Of a stretch of DNA of 64,000 nucleotides, positions 1 through 8,055 are shown piece after piece. The position numbers and the translations under genes were made by a program. Source of the stretch: an uncultured bacterium (GTDB taxonomy: Bacteria > Bacillota > Clostridia > Oscillospirales > Ruminococcaceae). How positions within the stretch are numbered: position 1 is the first letter of the stretch; the number at the start of each line of letters is the position of its first letter. The notes beneath the pieces were generated by a model. It saw only the letters and a list, made by a program, of their open reading frames with translations, was not told the origin of the DNA and searched no databases. The stretch is taken from contig CAJMSD010000002.1 of assembly GCA_905215965.1 (NCBI GenBank), forward strand, positions 196,866 to 260,865. Reading direction: 5' to 3'.

Positions 1-427
1 CATTCTTATTTTGGAACCAGCCGTACACGCAAAGACGCGAGTTACCGTTCTGGCTGCCTGTCTGACGGTAGTCTGCTTCGTAGTCCAGACCGATGTACGA
101 ATAGTCGGTAGCCTTCTTCTGAGAACCGAAGTCCAGACCGCGGCGGGCAAGAAAGTTGCCGCTTGAAACAGTTGCGTTCCACTCTGCCTTAAAAGAAGCG
201 CCCTCACCGAGAGTCATAGAACCGCCGCCGCCTGTGGTGTCTATCCATACTTCGTAGCTGTAGCCGTCGCAGTTTCCCTTATGCTGATTCTGAGAACCGT
301 TGCCGACGCTGAGAGTGTCTCCGACACTTGCCGCAAAGGAATGAGACGGCGCTTTCGGAAGCATCGTAAAGCACATCAGACCGCCAAGCACACCTGCGGC
401 AATTTTTTTGAAAATGCCTTTTTTCAT
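1..427 (-). CDS. Glycoside hydrolase family 11 endo-1,4-beta-xylanase, N-terminal part (gene runs off the window start)
   Basis: I translated the minus strand from the ATG at 427: MKKGIFKKIAAGVLGGLMCFTMLPKAPSHSFAASVGDTLSVGNGSQNQHKGNCDGYSYEVWIDTTGGGGSMTLGEGASFKAEW...GSQNGNSRLCVYGWFQNKN. This is a signal peptide followed by GH11 jelly-roll signatures (GYxYExW, SMTL, NSxLCVYGW). A GAGGA RBS lies upstream. It is absent from the ORF track because it is open at the window edge. Confidence 0.8.
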   Translation of the reverse strand, partial: MKKGIFKKIAAGVLGGLMCFTMLPKAPSHSFAASVGDTLSVGNGSQNQHKGNCDGYSYEVWIDTTGGGGSMTLGEGASFKAEWNATVSSGNFLARRGLDFGSQKKATDYSYIGLDYEADYRQTGSQNGNSRLCVYGWFQNKN

Positions 428-640
428 GTGTATTATCCTCGCTTTCTTTAAAATGGTATTTCTTGCTTTTTAAATTTCTGTTATTTTCTTATAATTTAAT
501 TTTAATATAGAAATATTGAAAATTTATTGAATCCGTACAATTTATTTTGAACATCTTGAATCTTTCTTCAAAATGGTGGTTAGCAACCACAGCGCAAGTC
601 CCCTACCTACTCCCATTCACTGTATAAGGCAGCTCTTTAA

Positions 641-1027
641 CGCCTCCCCCAAGGGAGGTAAGTAAAAATTATAAATATAATAAGTCGTTAGAAAACTTCG
701 TGATAAAAATAACAGGTCTGTTAAGAAGTAGACCCGAATTGCGCCGCCGCTCGCTAAGCGGCCGCCTCCCCCAAGGGAGGTAAGTAAAAATTATAAATAT
801 AATAAGTCGTTAGAAAACTTCGTGATAAAAATAACAGGTCTGTTAAGAAGTAGACCCGAATTGCGCCGCCGCTCGCTAAGCGGCCGCCTCCCCCAAGGGA
901 GGTAAGTAAAAATTATAAATATAATAAGTCGTTAGAAAACTTCGTGATAAAAATAACAGGTCTGTTAAGAAGTAGACCCGAATTGCGCCGCCGCTCGCTA
1001 AGCGGCCGCCTCCCCCAAGGGAGGTGA
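641..1027. repeat. Perfect 122-bp tandem repeat: 3 full identical units (starting 642, 764, 886) plus a diverging partial fourth unit from 1008
   Basis: I compared the units directly. The motif gcctcccccaagggagg recurs at 642, 764, 886 and 1008 (period 122), and everything between is identical. Each unit holds hairpins CCTCCC-CCAA-GGGAGG, GCCGC-TCGCTAA-GCGGC and GGTCT-N10-AGACC. Confidence 0.95.
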
Positions 1028-1077
1028 GCAAGATACACCAAATTTGCAGCCTATAATTTCAATAAACTCTAAAATAA

Positions 1078-1140
1078 AACGAAGGCAGCGGCAAAAGATT
1101 GTCTAAAAGACGTGTGCTGCAGCTTGTGAAGACAGGTTCT
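1078..1140 (+). repeat. 63-nt dispersed structured element, copy 1 (copy 2 at 57871-57933, same orientation, 60/63 identical)
   Basis: aacgaaggcagcggcaaaagatTgtctaaaagacgTgtgcTgcagcttgtgaagacaggttct aligns to 57871-57933 with three T/C transitions. It forms a nested hairpin (GCGGCA...TGC(T/C)GC around (T/C)GTC-TAAAA-GACG). Confidence 0.85.
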
Positions 1141-1904
1141 TACCTTTTTTTGTAAATTAACAGTTCGGGAGCTTCACCGTTTTTCCCATAAGTACATACG
1201 ATAATAAATTCCATATTTGCAAGAACTCCAAAGCATCTGTCGCCGCCAAATTCACATTCAAGCTGATTTCCCAGATATGTGGCGCTGTCGTCCAGAAACT
1301 TTACCGTTTTGCCGTTGGGAAGTCTGTATTCAAGATTGACATAGCTCCCCACCAGCGCGTTCAGCCTTGTAAGCTTAGGCATACCCTCGACATTAAGAGC
1401 GTTTATCTCATTTATCAGGGTTTGCTTAAATTCCTCAAACTTACCGTTGCCGCCAAGCTCCTCATAGCGTTTCCAATAATCCAGCTTGGGTAAATATTCA
1501 CGCAGGTACTTTCTCGCCTCGTCTTCGGAAAACTTTTCGTTTGCCATATTTTTTGCGCAGACTTCTATCAAATCGTCCATATCGCTGTACATATATTCCC
1601 CGTCGGCGTAGCACCATTTGCAATAATGCTCATTGAAGAAGCCGTCCTTTTCCTTTGAAGTAGTGCTGTCCTCAAGCGGCATACCGCAGCACTGACACAC
1701 AAGCTTCATGGGCGAGCCTAAAAGCGTATTAATAGATACATCATATAGCTTGGACAACAGCTTCAGCGTTTCCGTGCCTGGCACCGTTTCTCCCGTTTCC
1801 CAGCGCGAAACAGCCTGACGGGTCACGAACACCTTTTCGGCAAGCCCCTCCTGAGACAGATCATGCTTTGTGCGAAGCTCCAACAGAATATCTTTTGTTT
1901 TCAT
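1140..1904 (-). CDS. XRE-family HTH transcriptional regulator with a central putative zinc-ribbon domain and a C-terminal domain of unknown function
   Basis: The N-terminus LSQEGLAEKVFVTRQAVSRWETGETVP is a classic Cro/C1 HTH. CQCCGMPL...EHYCKWCYADGEY is a four-Cys zinc ribbon. I moved the start to the ATG at 1904 (MKTKDILLELR), 8 nt after a GGAGG RBS. Confidence 0.8.
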   Translation of the reverse strand: MKTKDILLELRTKHDLSQEGLAEKVFVTRQAVSRWETGETVPGTETLKLLSKLYDVSINTLLGSPMKLVCQCCGMPLEDSTTSKEKDGFFNEHYCKWCYADGEYMYSDMDDLIEVCAKNMANEKFSEDEARKYLREYLPKLDYWKRYEELGGNGKFEEFKQTLINEINALNVEGMPKLTRLNALVGSYVNLEYRLPNGKTVKFLDDSATYLGNQLECEFGGDRCFGVLANMEFIIVCTYGKNGEAPELLIYKKR

Positions 1905-2021
1905 ATCAAACACCTCCATAAACTGACAAGGTAATTATAGCATTAAAGAGCCGTAAAAGCAAGCAACTCTCTGTTGCATCGGACAACAATAACCGTATGA
2001 ACATTTCTATTAGAATTTCTC

Positions 2022-2279
2022 TCAAAGAAAAACGCAAAGTAACCAATCGAATGATGCAATGCACTCTAAATTTTCAAAGATGCAAAAGGGTGCAGACTGT
2101 AGATAATTTTCTAATGCATTAAGAGTTGTTGTCTTTCCATATTGTCTGCCACGGTTAATGACGCAATATTTTCCTGCATACACCATTTTTTTGATTTTTG
2201 CCAGTCTAATGTCCGGATTGACCATATAATGTTCCTGCGGATTACAGGCACCTGTAATATTGAAATAGCGTTCCATCAT
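2022..2279 (-). pseudogene. 5' fragment (about 60 codons) of a P-loop ATPase gene, truncated
   Basis: YFNITGACNPQEHYMVNP...YCVINRGRQYGKTTTLNALENYL matches the N-terminus and Walker A of about 400-aa ATPases of the FNTAGPC...PRQxGKTT type. Similarity ends after about 62 aa and the ORF stops at 85 aa. Confidence 0.5.
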
Positions 2280-2592
2280 TCACACTTCACATTTCTTTTA
2301 TTTTAGTATACCATATCCGATAAAAAATAACTACAATTTTGTTTGGTAAATGAAATTGCTAAGGTGAAATGATGTCTGCAAAATTTATGAATTCTGGCAA
2401 GTAATTGTTACTCGCACGGCAAATCTTTTTAAATGGATCAGTTCAGTTTTGCAATTCACGCAATACATCTTCCAATTCCATGTATATCACCTCTTGTCAC
2501 ACGTTCGCTATAGGTGCTCTGCATATAAAAAATGTGAGTGCATATAAAGTGTCCATTTGACAATGATTTCCGTGAAGATTTTCCTGCACCTA

Positions 2593-2621
2593 TTGAAATT
2601 CTTCGCATTATGTGCTATAAT
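2593..2621 (+). promoter_or_regulatory. Sigma-A type promoter for the LRR-dockerin gene: TTGAAA-17 nt-TATAAT with a TGn extended -10
   Basis: TTGAAA at 2593-2598, a 17-nt spacer, and tgcTATAAT at 2613-2621, 39 nt before the ATG at 2660. Confidence 0.5.
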
Positions 2622-2659
2622 AAAAGTATCTATAATTATGATCTGAGAGGAGCGAGTTT

Positions 2660-5600
2660 ATGTATTTTAAAAAGTTCGTGTCAGCCGTAACAAGCGTGCT
2701 GATATCTCTTACGACCCTGACCTGCGGTACGTCCGTAAACGCAGAAGCTTATGATGCATCTTCCGTCAAGCACAGCGTTGAGACCACGTCAGAGGAGGGC
2801 AGCTACAGCAGTTCGGGCGACTGCGGAAGAAATATCGATTATCTTGTTCTGGATAATGTCCTTACTATTTCGGGCGAGGGCGATATGTACAACTATCACA
2901 GCGACCTGAACAAGAAAATTCTCGGCGAAAGAGACGATATCACCAAAATTATTATTGAGGACGGCGTTAAGAGCATTCCCTCTTATGCTTTTTACGGTAT
3001 GTCGGCTCTCGAGGAGGTCGTTATCGGAAACGACGTTGCAACTATCGGGGTCAATGCCTTTGAGAATTGCAGCAAGCTTGACAAGCTGACTGTGGGCAGT
3101 TCCCTTGAAAGCTTTGATAATATTCCCGTAGACAGCATAACAGAACTTACGTTCGCTGAGAACTCAAACTTTACTACGATAGACGGGATAATCTACAACA
3201 GCGACGTTACCGAGCTTGTCTATATGGGCAAGGAACTTTCGAACAAAAGTTCTCTCACTATCCCCGACACAATTACGGAGATAGCTGACGATGCCCTGAA
3301 ATACGGAACGAATTTCACTTCTATCTATATAGGCGCAGGGATAACGGACATTTCCGAGATACCGTACAAAGGAAGCAGCCTTACGGAGATAAACGTTTCT
3401 CCCGATAATTCGGAGTATTCCTCTATTGACGGCGTTCTCTACAACAAGGACGCTACAGAGCTTATTAAATATCCGGGCAGCAAAACTGCCGATAAATTGA
3501 TTATCCCCGATACGGTCACCGAAATATCGACCTCTTTTTCATACACCTCGTCAAACAGCTTTAAATCTATTTATATAGGCGCAGGGTTAACAAGCATTTC
3601 CAATGTGCCGTACGGTCAGTACAGTGCGCCAAACCTTGAAGAGATAACTGTTTCTCCCGATAATACTATGTATTCGTCAATCGATGGTATTCTCTGCAAC
3701 AAGGACGTTACGAAGCTTTTGCAATATCCGGGCAGCATGACCTCCGACAGCCTTGTTATTCCCGATACGGTGACTGAAATATCAAGCTCTTTTTCGTCTA
3801 AATCATTAAACAGTATAACCTCGCTTCATATCGGCAAGAATTATACGAATAGTTTGCAGTTCAGCAGTATGCCTTTGGAGAAAATAACCGTCTCTTCCGG
3901 CAACACAAGATATTCTGCCGAGGATAATATCCTGTACAACTCCGATAAGACAAAAATTATCAGGGTCGGTGCAAGAACCGCAGATAATTTCGAGGTCGGC
4001 GAGAATATTTCAGACATTTCCTCCTACGCCTTTAATAACTGCACGATTGGAAATCTTACGGTATACAACAAGGATTGCACGCTTTATTACCCGGGAGGAA
4101 AAATAAGCGCAATTTCGGGATATTCGGGAAGTACGGCTCATAAACACGCTGCCGAAAATTCTATCCCCTTTACTGCTCTTGACGCAGATACTGCTCCGCT
4201 GACGGTAATACCGAAAAGCATATATTGCTCTTTTAATTACTCTTACAGCAGAAGTTACAGCGCATATATAACAGCCAACAAAGATAATATTACCTACGAA
4301 CTGAAAGGTGCTGAAGAGTATGACGGCTACCTCGATATATCATTGGACGAAAACGGCAAGTTATATATATATAGTATTAATTACAGCTACTGGAATTCCT
4401 ATAATTGCAGCTTCGAAATAATAGTCTCTGACGGAACAAATACCGTTACGGTTCCCGTAAATGTAACGTTATATCCGCCCGAAACAACGACGTCAACAGC
4501 TACGTTCGAAGTGCCCGATTTCACCGTAACGGCATCGGATACCGAGGTAATAGTCGGCGATACCATAAAAATAGAGCCTGAGATCACTTATGACGGCTAC
4601 GGTTATGGTTCCTACACAACGGAATACGACTACAACTGCTATTCACCATATGCTAAGGTGGACGATTTCGGAAATGTTACCGCCCTTTCCGAAGGAGTAG
4701 CCGAAATAACGATCTATTGCAATTTGAATTCTTATTCTTCCTATAATTATAAAACAAGCTCCACGACCATAAAGGTCTACTGCATTCCCGAGATAACGTC
4801 GTTGGAGATAGGCTCGTTTATCGACGATATTTCCAAGATAAGCTACGATGCTTCATATCTGAAAGACGTATACGTGAATGAGAATAATCCATACTATTCA
4901 AGCGACGGCACGGCTGTTTACGATCACGATAAAACGCAGCTTATTGTGTTCCCTCTTGCTTCCGATATCACGGAATACAGAGTTCCCGAGGGCGTTGATA
5001 TAAGCTCTATTCCCTTTAACAGCAGCAGCCTGTCTAAGCTTATACTCCCCGACGACTGCGTTCTGAACACGAATACTTCTCTTACGGGCGAAATCGAGGT
5101 TTACTCCTCCGCGGGAAAGATCTCTGCCGACGCGTTTAAGGGACATTCCGAGCTTCACGAAGTCACTATAGACGAGGGTATAACTCTTATCGAGGACAGC
5201 GCGTTCGCAAACTGCGTGAATATGACTAAGGTAGTTATTCCCGAGAGCGTTACGGGTATAAGATACACTGCGTTCAATTACGATACAGCCCTTGAAATCT
5301 GGGGATATACAGGCTCTTACGCGGAGACTTACGCGGAGATGTTCGGCTTCCCGTTCCATTCTATTGGATTTGTGGAGACCACTACAACGACAACAACCAC
5401 TACCACGACAACTACATCTACAACCACGACCACAAGCACGACTACTACACCCGAATCTACTCCAGAATCTACGACAACAACCACAACAACCACTACCACT
5501 ACTCCCGAATCTACTCCAGAATCTACGACAACTACAACCACAACAAGCACGACTACTACACCCGAATCTACGACAACAACCACAACAAGCACGACTACTA

Positions 5601-6346
5601 CATCCGAATCTACGACAACAACGACTACCACCACAACCACAAGCACGACTACTACACCCGAATCTACTCCAGAATCTACGACAACAACTACTACCACAAT
5701 CACATCTACGACCACATCTACCACCACGACAACTACAACTACAACCACAACAGTGTCCGATAAGATACAGATACAGCAGCCATACATAGGAAATCTTTAC
5801 GTTGGAAATACGTTCAACCTGACCTACGTAACAAATAATTATTCGGGCAATGTGATATGGGCAAGCGGTACTCCCGATGTCGTAAGCATTAATGCCAAGG
5901 GAGAAGTAACGGTTCTCAGCGAGGGCAATGCGCTTATCTACGCTATTGACGACGGCGGAATAAGCTATAAGATCCAGTTTGTTACATTTACTATTGCAAC
6001 AGCTCCCGAAACAAGCACTACTACTACTACTACCACAACCGCCACTTCGACCACGACGACTACTACAAGCACTACTGCGACTACTACAACCGATATACCG
6101 ATCAAGGTAACTTACGGAGACGTAAACGATGACGGAGCGATAGATGCTTCCGACGCGTCCGATGTCCTGAAAGAATACGCAATTCTGGCAACAGGCGGAA
6201 GCTCCTCGCTTACTGCCGAACAGAGATTGGCAGGCGACACAAACGGCGACGGCACGGTAGATGCTTCCGACGCTTCAAATATCCTTGCGTACTATGCATA
6301 TATAGCTACGGGAGGAGATAAGAAGCTTATGGATTTCCTTAAATAA
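2660..6346 (+). CDS. Cellulosomal surface protein: signal peptide, BspA-type leucine-rich repeats, Ig-like (Big_2-like) domains, Thr-rich TPES linkers, C-terminal type I dockerin
   Basis: The protein has an N-terminal signal peptide. LRR_5-like units recur (IPDTVTEI...F..C..L.SI.IG). Big_2-like segments are present (VTALSEGVAEITIYC, VTVLSEGNALIYAID). The dockerin duplicate is GDVNDDGAIDASDASDVLKEYA / GDTNGDGTVDASDASNILAYYA. An RBS GAGAGGAG precedes the ATG. Confidence 0.9.
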   Translation: MYFKKFVSAVTSVLISLTTLTCGTSVNAEAYDASSVKHSVETTSEEGSYSSSGDCGRNIDYLVLDNVLTISGEGDMYNYHSDLNKKILGERDDITKIIIEDGVKSIPSYAFYGMSALEEVVIGNDVATIGVNAFENCSKLDKLTVGSSLESFDNIPVDSITELTFAENSNFTTIDGIIYNSDVTELVYMGKELSNKSSLTIPDTITEIADDALKYGTNFTSIYIGAGITDISEIPYKGSSLTEINVSPDNSEYSSIDGVLYNKDATELIKYPGSKTADKLIIPDTVTEISTSFSYTSSNSFKSIYIGAGLTSISNVPYGQYSAPNLEEITVSPDNTMYSSIDGILCNKDVTKLLQYPGSMTSDSLVIPDTVTEISSSFSSKSLNSITSLHIGKNYTNSLQFSSMPLEKITVSSGNTRYSAEDNILYNSDKTKIIRVGARTADNFEVGENISDISSYAFNNCTIGNLTVYNKDCTLYYPGGKISAISGYSGSTAHKHAAENSIPFTALDADTAPLTVIPKSIYCSFNYSYSRSYSAYITANKDNITYELKGAEEYDGYLDISLDENGKLYIYSINYSYWNSYNCSFEIIVSDGTNTVTVPVNVTLYPPETTTSTATFEVPDFTVTASDTEVIVGDTIKIEPEITYDGYGYGSYTTEYDYNCYSPYAKVDDFGNVTALSEGVAEITIYCNLNSYSSYNYKTSSTTIKVYCIPEITSLEIGSFIDDISKISYDASYLKDVYVNENNPYYSSDGTAVYDHDKTQLIVFPLASDITEYRVPEGVDISSIPFNSSSLSKLILPDDCVLNTNTSLTGEIEVYSSAGKISADAFKGHSELHEVTIDEGITLIEDSAFANCVNMTKVVIPESVTGIRYTAFNYDTALEIWGYTGSYAETYAEMFGFPFHSIGFVETTTTTTTTTTTTTSTTTTTSTTTTPESTPESTTTTTTTTTTTPESTPESTTTTTTTSTTTTPESTTTTTTSTTTTSESTTTTTTTTTTSTTTTPESTPESTTTTTTTITSTTTSTTTTTTTTTTTVSDKIQIQQPYIGNLYVGNTFNLTYVTNNYSGNVIWASGTPDVVSINAKGEVTVLSEGNALIYAIDDGGISYKIQFVTFTIATAPETSTTTTTTTTATSTTTTTTSTTATTTTDIPIKVTYGDVNDDGAIDASDASDVLKEYAILATGGSSSLTAEQRLAGDTNGDGTVDASDASNILAYYAYIATGGDKKLMDFLK
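5378..5751 (+). repeat. In-frame low-complexity tandem repeat coding for a poly-Thr / TPES linker (a second shorter linker lies at 6011-6091)
   Basis: Blocks of agcacgactactacacccgaatctac(tccagaatctac)gacaacaac recur at about 5437, 5545, 5587 and 5641. This region generates the spurious long ORFs 5292..5789(+) and 5329..5787(-). Confidence 0.85.
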
Positions 6347-6360
6347 TTACCATTAATTAT

Positions 6361-6392
6361 AAAAAAACAGCCACGCCTTGTGGCTGTTTTTT
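6361..6392. terminator. Bidirectional rho-independent terminator
   Basis: A7-CAGCCAC-gcctt-GTGGCTG-T6, immediately after the stop of the dockerin gene. Confidence 0.8.
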
Positions 6393-6449
6393 ATATGCTG
6401 TTATAATTTTTATGGCGTGATATATCAGATCAATTCGGCGCGCCTTTTC

Positions 6450-6593
6450 TCAACCGATACAGCGTTCTGTCATAACATAGCTTCTAAAGCCCGGCTTCAT
6501 TTTAATGGCGTGTTCGAAGCAAACGGCAATACAGTCACCGCAGCCAATGCATTTTTCATCGTCGATTACTGCCTTGTATGTAGTGTTGTTCAT
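6450..6593 (-). CDS. Small 4Fe-4S ferredoxin-domain protein (47 aa), apparently truncated inside its second cluster motif
   Basis: My translation is MNNTTYKAVIDDEKCIGCGDCIAVCFEHAIKMKPGFRSYVMTERCIG*. The first CxxCxxCxxxC motif is complete. The second stops after C-I-G, right against the terminator at 6361-6392. A GGGGA RBS lies 8 nt upstream. It is below the ORF-track size cutoff. Confidence 0.45.
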   Translation of the reverse strand: MNNTTYKAVIDDEKCIGCGDCIAVCFEHAIKMKPGFRSYVMTERCIG

Positions 6594-6666
6594 CTATATT
6601 TCCCCAACTTTGAAAAAACGGGGCAGAGATTTTTTGCTCCGCACCCGCTTCTGTTTCTCTGTTCAA

Positions 6667-6900
6667 TTACAGGACTTTCTTGTTTTCCGCACCGGGCGTG
6701 GTTACAATTACCTTTTCAGGAGTAATTATCAACGCACCCTTTGCAGTAGCGGCTCCATTGAACATCTTTTCAACCATTGCCTTAAATGTATCAACAACAG
6801 CGCCCTCACTTACATATTCTGCCGTTCCTTTGATCTGGTAACCTTCAAGGCTCTGTGCGTCATAAACAGAAATGGCAATCCTACTGGAGATTTTCGGCGG
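6667..6900 (-). pseudogene. C-terminal half of a pyridoxamine-5'-phosphate-oxidase-like (FMN-binding split-barrel) protein; the 5' half is missing
   Basis: RIAISVYDAQSLEGYQIKGTAEYVSEGAVVDTFKAMVEKMF...ALIITPEKVIVTTPG resembles the last about 70 aa of about 140-aa PNPOx-family proteins. The upstream part of ORF 6667..7029 is only antisense to the HxlR gene. Confidence 0.5.
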
Positions 6901-7213
6901 CAAGTGGAATTCAAGAATTATTTGTGTACTTGCTGTGAAAAAGGTGCTGCGATACAGTGAACTCCGTAAGGAAATGGCAAATATCACAGACGCTGTATTA
7001 GCTTCGATGCTAAAAGATTTAATTGCCAATGAGATCGTGGTTCGGAAGTCTTACGATGAAATTCCTCCGAGGGTAGAATATTCTCTTTCGGAAAAGGGAG
7101 AATCGGTCGTTCCAATCTTGCAAAGTATTTGCAAGTGGGCAGGAATTTTTAATAAAAACGATATCGAAAATACCATGTCGCACTGTCAAAAATGCGACTA
7201 CGCTAATTTATAA
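6872..7213 (+). CDS. HxlR-family (MarR-like) winged-helix transcriptional regulator, N-terminally shortened
   Basis: LEIFGGKWNSRIICVL...RYSELRKEM.ITDAVLASMLKDLIANEIVVRKSYDEIPPRVEYSLSEKG matches the HxlR core. The roughly 12 residues that normally precede IGGKW, including the conserved Cys, are absent. Confidence 0.7.
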   Translation: MAILLEIFGGKWNSRIICVLAVKKVLRYSELRKEMANITDAVLASMLKDLIANEIVVRKSYDEIPPRVEYSLSEKGESVVPILQSICKWAGIFNKNDIENTMSHCQKCDYANL

Positions 7214-7228
7214 AACAAACTATTATGT

Positions 7229-7262
7229 AAAAGCCGTCTTCAGCAGACGGCCTGTGCTTTTA
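7229..7262 (+). terminator. Rho-independent terminator after the HxlR gene
   Basis: GCCGTCT-tcagc-AGACGGC (7233-7251), followed by a T-rich tract. Confidence 0.6.
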
Positions 7263-7377
7263 ATGCTACGGTATCTCCATGTTACAATTTCATAATGCTC
7301 TATTGTGATAATGTCACGGAAAGCTACAGGAAAACCTGATAGAATAACGTCATAAACCGGCGAAAGGAACACAATAT

Positions 7378-8046
7378 ATGGATTACATCATTACGTTTTT
7401 GGAGGGGATAATTTCCTTTATATCTCCATGTATGTTACCGATGCTGCCGATATATATTTCATATATCGCGGGGCAAAGCAACAGGGAAGATGACTGTAAA
7501 AATCCCAAAATGATATTCAAGGTCATTGCTTTTGTTTTAGGATTTACGGTTGTTTTCACTTTGCTTGGAGTTTTTTCGGGAACGCTTGGAAAGCTGCTTT
7601 CCGAATATCAAACAGCCGTAAATATAGTTTGCGGCGCTATTGTAATACTGTTCGGTCTTTCTTATTTGGAGGTTTTCCGCATTCCGTTTTTCAGGGGAAT
7701 GAACAAAGGTTATAAAGTAACCGGAATTGCGTCAGCTTTTATATTCGGAGCAATTTATTCAATCAGTTTGACTCCATGTGTCGGCGCTTTTCTCGGATCT
7801 GCCTTGATGTTGGCGTCAAGCACAGGCGGCGCCTTAAAAGGAGCGACATTGCTGCTGACATATTCCTTGGGACTCGGCATTCCTTTTCTGTTTTCCGCAG
7901 TTCTGCTCGATAAGCTGTCGGGAGCCTTTACCTTTATCAAAAAGCATTATAAGGTAATCAATTTAATAAGCGGTATTCTACTGATAATCGTCGGACTTAC
8001 GATGGCATTTGGACTTCTACACTCGCTTTTGGCGATTACTATGTGA
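7378..8046 (+). CDS. ccdA: CcdA/DsbD-type transmembrane thiol:disulfide electron transporter
   Basis: FISPCMLPMLPIYISYIAG and SLTPCVGAFLG are the two conserved Cys-containing helices. The protein has 6 predicted TM segments. Confidence 0.85.
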   Translation: MDYIITFLEGIISFISPCMLPMLPIYISYIAGQSNREDDCKNPKMIFKVIAFVLGFTVVFTLLGVFSGTLGKLLSEYQTAVNIVCGAIVILFGLSYLEVFRIPFFRGMNKGYKVTGIASAFIFGAIYSISLTPCVGAFLGSALMLASSTGGALKGATLLLTYSLGLGIPFLFSAVLLDKLSGAFTFIKKHYKVINLISGILLIIVGLTMAFGLLHSLLAITM

Positions 8047-8055
8047 GGTGAAAAG

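Noticed and set aside
641-1027. Could the 122-bp repeats be a CRISPR array?
   Set aside because: The units are contiguous and identical over their full length, so there are no unique spacers. The unit size of 122 bp is far outside the CRISPR repeat range, and no cas genes are nearby.
5292-5789. Long ORFs on both strands inside the dockerin gene (165 aa on +, 152 aa poly-Val on -).
   Set aside because: They are artefacts of the ACx/Thr-codon low-complexity repeat. They have homopolymeric composition, no RBS, and are fully nested in a well-supported CDS.
6378-6960. ORFs 6378..6725(+) and 6505..6960(+).
   Set aside because: They overlap the terminator, the small ferredoxin ORF and the PNPOx remnant on the opposite strand. 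They show no recognisable similarity.
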